This document shows, one piece after another, positions 42,566 to 46,502 of a DNA stretch of 46,502 bases. Made by a program: the position numbers and the translations under genes. Numbering within the stretch: position 1 is the stretch's first letter; each line of letters starts with the position of its first letter. The notes below the pieces were generated by a model. It was not told where the DNA came from and did no database searches. It saw nothing but the letters and a program-made list of their open reading frames with translations. The DNA is from an uncultured Gammaproteobacteria bacterium. Its GTDB lineage: Bacteria > Patescibacteriota > Patescibacteriia > Magasanikbacterales > GCA-002688135. The stretch covers positions 1-46,502 of the forward strand of contig CAZHXK010000001.1 in assembly GCA_964536565.1 (NCBI GenBank), read 5' to 3'.

Positions 42566-43494
42566 ATCCTCCTCTTTTTTCGTTTTTTTCTATATAACCA
42601 TGCAAGGCCAGATACAATCAACACATAAGCTGCGGGTGCATGTAACATAAATCTTACCGACTGCTCCCTTTCTTCTGCCTGTCCATCAAGATCAATCGTG
42701 GCCTCAAATACACCGAATCGGAATGGGTTAAATACTGAGTACCAGAGACTGTCCGGGCTCCATGTTTGAGAAATTGTTCGATGAGATCCGGGTAGTACAA
42801 TTTCATCCGCATTATTTATAGTAACAACATGAGATGAGCCGCTGAAAATATTTTTTATTGAAACAACTCCTTTTGGTTGTATGTGAACATTTCCTGTATT
42901 TGTAATCACGAATGATATGTCATATGGCACACCAGTAACGCGAGTTGGTTGTACTGCTGGCTCAGTAACAGTCGCTGTGCGTGTAATATCACCTTCTACT
43001 GTTATAAAATATAAAATTCCAATCTCGTTCGATGATCTCACACTTGGTGAATTTCCTGGCGGTCTTGTCTTTGCGAACACAGCCGCATAATACCCCCCCG
43101 GTTCGGCATGTGGCGGAATAGTAACCGACACATCAACAGGTATTGTTTCCCCCGCATCCATCGCAACCCCGGACTGAGGTACGCTTATCCAAGGCACCGG
43201 GACATCTCGATTGTTCGTAGAGAATTCTGGCACACCCTCAACTTCCCCCGCCTCAAACGCACGAACAGTAAAGACAACCTCCTCTAAAAACTGCTCGTCA
43301 TTTTTGAGTTGTATAGTCATCGTGTGAACACTCCCCGGCTCCCCTTCGATCGCATGCATGAATGGTGAAATAGTGAGCGCGCTGACCTGCGTTGGAATAC
43401 AACTCATCATTCCCAACGCCCCAACAACTATCCACATGAGTGGATGCATCTTTTGCACAGGGTGTGGATTTTTTTTTGCCTCAAATTTCAACAT
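42562..43494 (-). CDS. DUF916/DUF3324-like (CscA-like) membrane-anchored cell-surface protein
   Basis: Signal peptide, two beta-rich halves (..GSVHTMTIQLKND.., ..PGGYYAAVF.., ..ISFVITNTGNVHIQPKG..) and a C-terminal TM helix plus KKRKKRRI tail. ATGA overlap with the 1287-aa gene. Confidence 0.7.
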   Translation of the reverse strand: MLKFEAKKNPHPVQKMHPLMWIVVGALGMMSCIPTQVSALTISPFMHAIEGEPGSVHTMTIQLKNDEQFLEEVVFTVRAFEAGEVEGVPEFSTNNRDVPVPWISVPQSGVAMDAGETIPVDVSVTIPPHAEPGGYYAAVFAKTRPPGNSPSVRSSNEIGILYFITVEGDITRTATVTEPAVQPTRVTGVPYDISFVITNTGNVHIQPKGVVSIKNIFSGSSHVVTINNADEIVLPGSHRTISQTWSPDSLWYSVFNPFRFGVFEATIDLDGQAEEREQSVRFMLHAPAAYVLIVSGLAWLYRKKRKKRRI

Positions 43495-43545
43495 ACTTTC
43501 ATCTATGTATTTTTTATCCCCTCTTTATACACTCGTTTCTCCCAC

Positions 43546-44196
43546 TCAAAAGTTCACTACAGTCGAGATCGTAATTGTGTGTGCATATGTTCCAACTTCA
43601 GTTCCTTCTGATATAGCCGCCTTAAATGTAATCGTAGTTAGTTCTGCTGTTGTAGGAACACTTGAAGATGCAATAGTAAGTAGTGCCGTTGTTATGGGTA
43701 TATCCCTTGTGTTCCACGAACCAGACGTCCCCGAGGTCCTGAACCCATACTCTTCACTTCCAGCAGATACAGTGAAGTCCCCCACATCGTCAATATCATT
43801 ATCTCCACTTCGAAGCTGTCCGTCCTCTGACATTTTTACTGTATAGCCCGCAATAGCATCAGTCGTTACTCTCACTCCGTTATTCTTCTCACTAACCGTA
43901 TCTGTTGACAGCTCAAGAAAATCGAGAGCTGGACGATCTATCGTGGCTGTCAAAATTCCATCCTGAAATGAACCAATCAACCCATCTACAAGTTGGTAGT
44001 TTGTGGAAGTCGAAGTTTCATCTGCAATCTCCCCCGTCGCATCAATGAGATCGTAGTTTGTAGAGGTTGAGTTGTTTCCAGACGTGAACGAATCCAGCTG
44101 AATGCGGAAGTTTGCGGACGTCATATTTGCTGCCCATACCGAGTATGGGATCATCAACATAACGAGTATTGCCAGTAGTAAAATTGGTTTCTTCAT
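43546..44196 (-). CDS. small secreted surface subunit (WxL/SCPU-like pattern, no literal WxL)
   Basis: Signal peptide MKKPILLLAILVMLMIPYSVWA, with repeated STSTNY.L.D motifs. The C-terminal strand is GTYAHTITISTVVNF. Start taken at Met22 of the tracked ORF. Confidence 0.65.
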   Translation of the reverse strand: MKKPILLLAILVMLMIPYSVWAANMTSANFRIQLDSFTSGNNSTSTNYDLIDATGEIADETSTSTNYQLVDGLIGSFQDGILTATIDRPALDFLELSTDTVSEKNNGVRVTTDAIAGYTVKMSEDGQLRSGDNDIDDVGDFTVSAGSEEYGFRTSGTSGSWNTRDIPITTALLTIASSSVPTTAELTTITFKAAISEGTEVGTYAHTITISTVVNF

Positions 44197-44206
44197 ATGA
44201 ATTATA

Positions 44207-45034
44207 TTATATCTCAGATGCATCCCAAAGCACATTCCATAGGGATTTGAGCTGGCCAACCACCATGCCGTCAGACATATATGTAATGTGGTACACTCCC
44301 GCTCTCTTAAACATATAGATGACTGTCTCCCCTAGTATGATGCTGTTTGTCGGAAATAACTCGACCCCATTCCAACGTCGAACATGCAGCGGTGGTTGAT
44401 GCACAGCCATGTCCTGGGTTTGCTTTTCCTTACTAAACGATAGAATGTGCACTGGAACTCCAATGTCGTGCGTCAGCGCTAAGTCCTGGAGAATCTCGAC
44501 GAACGGAATAGCCGTTCGCTTATCTGCATAGGCCCATCCCACAAGGGCGGTCATAGGTTGGGCGCCGATAAGTGACATAAACTTTTCGGATATATGTGAA
44601 ACAGCTAGGTCTAATGAATCAAACTGGTGTCGTGATGCGTATTGATACGAATCCTCCGCATCAAGTTGATCAATAACCCGTTGGGTGGCCTGTCTCTTTT
44701 CTTTCACTATCGCATCTTCCTTTTGTACGAGTGATTCAAGCACATGAGGTGACTGAGAAGTGAGAGATGTTCCGGATGTACTGACAACCATAGAGATCAG
44801 ACCCTTCTTAGATAACTCCTTTGCTGAACTATATACCGTCGTTCTGTTAATGCCGGTTGCTCCTGCAACCTCTGTTGGAGTTGAAGTACCAGAATTGAGC
44901 AGCCATGTGTACATGGCTGCTTCTGTTTTTGTCAGTCCGACTGTAATGAGATCTTGTTCAAGCATGGAAAATCTCGACCCAGCTAGCGCTGGGCTCTGTT
45001 TAGACTCTGCCAGATAGTGTTGAACCCATTTCAA
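44207..45034 (-). CDS. TrmB-family transcriptional regulator
   Basis: Winged-HTH GLTKTEAAMYTWLLNSGTSTPTEVAGATGINRTTVYSSAKELSKKGLI. The C-terminal domain ends in LKSLWNVLWDAS. The ATG at 44965 is an alternative start. Confidence 0.75.
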   Translation of the reverse strand: MKWVQHYLAESKQSPALAGSRFSMLEQDLITVGLTKTEAAMYTWLLNSGTSTPTEVAGATGINRTTVYSSAKELSKKGLISMVVSTSGTSLTSQSPHVLESLVQKEDAIVKEKRQATQRVIDQLDAEDSYQYASRHQFDSLDLAVSHISEKFMSLIGAQPMTALVGWAYADKRTAIPFVEILQDLALTHDIGVPVHILSFSKEKQTQDMAVHQPPLHVRRWNGVELFPTNSIILGETVIYMFKRAGVYHITYMSDGMVVGQLKSLWNVLWDASEI

Positions 45035-45055
45035 CAGCTATCTATTTGTAAATTT

Positions 45056-45064
45056 AGTATAGCA
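45056..45064 (-). promoter_or_regulatory. extended -10 element (TGcTATACT) for the TrmB-like operon
   Basis: Minus-strand TGCTATACT lies about 20 nt upstream of the ATG at 45034. Confidence 0.55.
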
Positions 45065-45289
45065 TACTCGCGCTCATAGTCATATTGTTGGAGTCGCTTC
45101 AACACTCAGTATGTGTAAGTTTAGCGAAATTTCATATCTAGTGAGGCCTCCTATGATGCTGGCCGTTGAAGGACTTCCAACACCAGCTGCAAACCAATTA
45201 CTATAGTGCCTGAACGTACACTATAATAGACACTTAAGTTCCGACATGATTAGATGATCATGAACTAACGACTGATCGAGGTGACTGCA

Positions 45290-45427
45290 TTGATACGCGG
45301 CGTTACAGGTCTTCTCTTTACTCTTACCGGACTTACATGGACCATCAGCGGCAATATACCTGTCGGAATGATGTTTATAGCATTGGGTCTGATCTTTGCA
45401 GCACCTTATAACACCGATGATGACTAG
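45290..45427 (+). CDS. possible small membrane protein (45 aa; GTG at 45281 alternative)
   Basis: GAGGTGA precedes the TTG. The sequence is hydrophobic (LIRGVTGLLFTLTGLTWTISGNIPVGMMFIALGLIFAAPYNTDDD). TATAAT at about 45223 lies upstream. Confidence 0.35.
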   Translation: MIRGVTGLLFTLTGLTWTISGNIPVGMMFIALGLIFAAPYNTDDD

Positions 45428-45678
45428 TGATTCACGTGAAACACCACCTTGAATCTCCTAGCTGACCATACCTGCTGCGTATTCCAGATGCTTTCTCTAT
45501 ATGCCATTGCGTAAGCTCATGCCTGATTCGCATCCAGAGTTCATAACTCTCGATGCTTTTGCTCTGAGCTTGAGGCCAGGCATACCTGAGCATTCAGTAA
45601 GACAGTCTTTCACCTGGATCTCGGACAGAATTGTGCTTGTTATAACCAGTCGTAAAGTGTCATGTCGCAACATCGAAT

Positions 45679-45706
45679 CAAAAAATCGGCTATGAGCCGA
45701 TTTTTC
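45679..45706. terminator. bidirectional intrinsic terminator (serves tRNA-Arg on the minus strand)
   Basis: A-run, ATCGGC-tatga-GCCGAT, then T-run. Confidence 0.75.
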
Positions 45707-45724
45707 TTTCGTTGATTTTATAAG

Positions 45725-45797
45725 TGTCCCCAAGAGGAGTTGAACCTCTATTTCCACCTTAGGAGGGTGGCACTCTATCCGGTTGAGTTATGGGGAC
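45725..45797 (-). tRNA. tRNA-Arg (anticodon CCU)
   Basis: Acceptor GTCCCCA/TGGGGAC, D stem ACTC/GAGT, anticodon stem CCACC/GGTGG with loop CTCCTAA, T arm AGAGG-TTCAACT-CCTCT. Confidence 0.92.
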
Positions 45798-45910
45798 TCA
45801 ATATTGTTTCGTGTGAAACGATTCCTAAGTGATCATCGTGTCGGCTCGTACCCTGACGTATAGAGCTAATTATATCTGAGCTTGATCCGCACTCAGTTAA
45901 CAGTACTAGT

Positions 45911-45934
45911 GTGAAACACTTCGTGAAACACTTT
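45911..45934 (+). repeat. tandem 12-nt direct repeat GTGAAACACTT(c/t) x2
   Basis: GTGAAACACTTC GTGAAACACTTT. Related GTGAAAC(A/G) copies occur at 45436 and 45813. Confidence 0.8.
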
Positions 45935-46003
45935 GGTAAGCCTGTTTAAATTTACCCATGTTCAATGCCTCGAATCAGGCAGATCCAGGCAATTTTCGAT
46001 TCA

Positions 46004-46012
46004 TGTTATAAT
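46004..46012 (+). promoter_or_regulatory. extended -10 element (TGtTATAAT) giving a leaderless rmuC mRNA
   Basis: TGTTATAAT ends 8 nt before the ATG at 46021. Confidence 0.55.
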
Positions 46013-46020
46013 GTTGCCCT

Positions 46021-46502
46021 ATGAATACTCTTCTCATCATTTCACTTTTCGCGAGTCTTGTGGTCGCTGGTCTCGTACTCTTTGTTCTTCGAGAACTTCG
46101 CTCTCTTCAACAGACGCGTCTTAATGATAAATCATCTGAACTGCTAAATCAAAACGTTCAGGCGATGCACCAGAGGCTCGATGCTGCTACAAAAATTCTT
46201 CATGATCGATTAGATGCATCTCATAAGACGATGCTGAATAGCCACGATGCGATGTCTAAGTTGATGGGGGATGTTGGACAGGAGTTGGGCTCAGTAAAAG
46301 AGATAGGACATCAGCTTTCCAAGTTTCAAGAGTTTCTCCGATCCCCAAAACTACGTGGAAATCTCGGTGAACACATTCTGTATGACTCTCTCTCTAAAAT
46401 CCTACCCAAAGAGAGCTTTAAGCGCCAACACACATTTAAGACTGGAGCGTGCGTAGATGCCCTGATTGTGACTAATAAGGGCCATATTCCTATTGATTCT
46501 AA
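46021..46502 (+). CDS. rmuC: DNA recombination protein RmuC (partial, 3' end off-window)
   Basis: N-terminal TM helix and coiled coil, then LRSPKLRGNLGEHILYDSL and VDALIVTNKGHIPIDS, typical of RmuC. The frame is open to the window end. It is not in the ORF track. Confidence 0.8.
   Translation, partial: MNTLLIISLFASLVVAGLVLFVLRELRSLQQTRLNDKSSELLNQNVQAMHQRLDAATKILHDRLDASHKTMLNSHDAMSKLMGDVGQELGSVKEIGHQLSKFQEFLRSPKLRGNLGEHILYDSLSKILPKESFKRQHTFKTGACVDALIVTNKGHIPIDS

Noticed and set aside
45497-45757. 86-aa minus-strand ORF.
   Set aside because: It overlaps the 3' part of tRNA-Arg and the terminator, and it has no SD.
1-46502. Alternative genetic code (UGA recoding, as in some candidate phyla).
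   Set aside because: TGA terminates several well-delimited genes at the expected length (for example coaB at 20769-20771 and lspA at 24-26 of 294xx). Conserved proteins such as GDH, YchF and Elp3 read through without internal stops in the standard code.

Overview
This 46.5 kb window is densely packed bacterial chromosome read in the standard code; TGA, TAA and TAG all close well-supported genes. I call about 50 protein genes and three tRNAs (Pro-UGG, Gly-UCC, Arg-CCU). I see no rRNA, CRISPR array, transposase or integrase.

Housekeeping genes recognisable by eye:
- LivF-type ABC ATPase, glutamate dehydrogenase, CoaB/CoaC, YchF and RmuC (partial).
- An Elp3 radical-SAM/GNAT enzyme divergently paired with a Trm9-like methyltransferase.
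- SPFH lipoprotein, cold-shock protein, DksA/TraR zinc finger, LspA and a THUMP-type RNA methylase.
- Two NUDIX hydrolases, two histidine phosphatases and a dual-specificity phosphatase.

Envelope content is heavy. It includes NlpC/P60 and CHAP(+LysM-like) hydrolases, tandem polytopic membrane paralogs, and an 11 kb minus-strand block. That block runs TrmB-like regulator, small secreted subunit, DUF916/DUF3324-like anchored protein, a 1287-aa protein and a 1533-aa protein.

Nearly every transcription unit is bracketed by a near-consensus TTGACA-17-(TG)nTATAnT promoter and a hairpin/T-run terminator. Several mRNAs look leaderless. The gene content suggests an uncultivated small-genome (CPR/Patescibacteria-like) bacterium, but that is inference only.

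Most worth a second look:
1. Two ORF-poor transcripts of about 400-480 nt with almost identical promoters and no recognisable RNA family.
2. A cluster of four DnaA-box-like 9-mers in the largest non-coding gap.
3. A divergent ClpP-like protease next to three paralogous orphan proteins built from one ~65-aa module.
4. The Csc/WxL-like surface cluster with the two giant proteins.
5. The Elp3/Trm9 pair.
6. coaB and a TrmB-like gene that both appear 5'-truncated and abut head to head.

All homology calls are motif recognition by eye. No database search was run.
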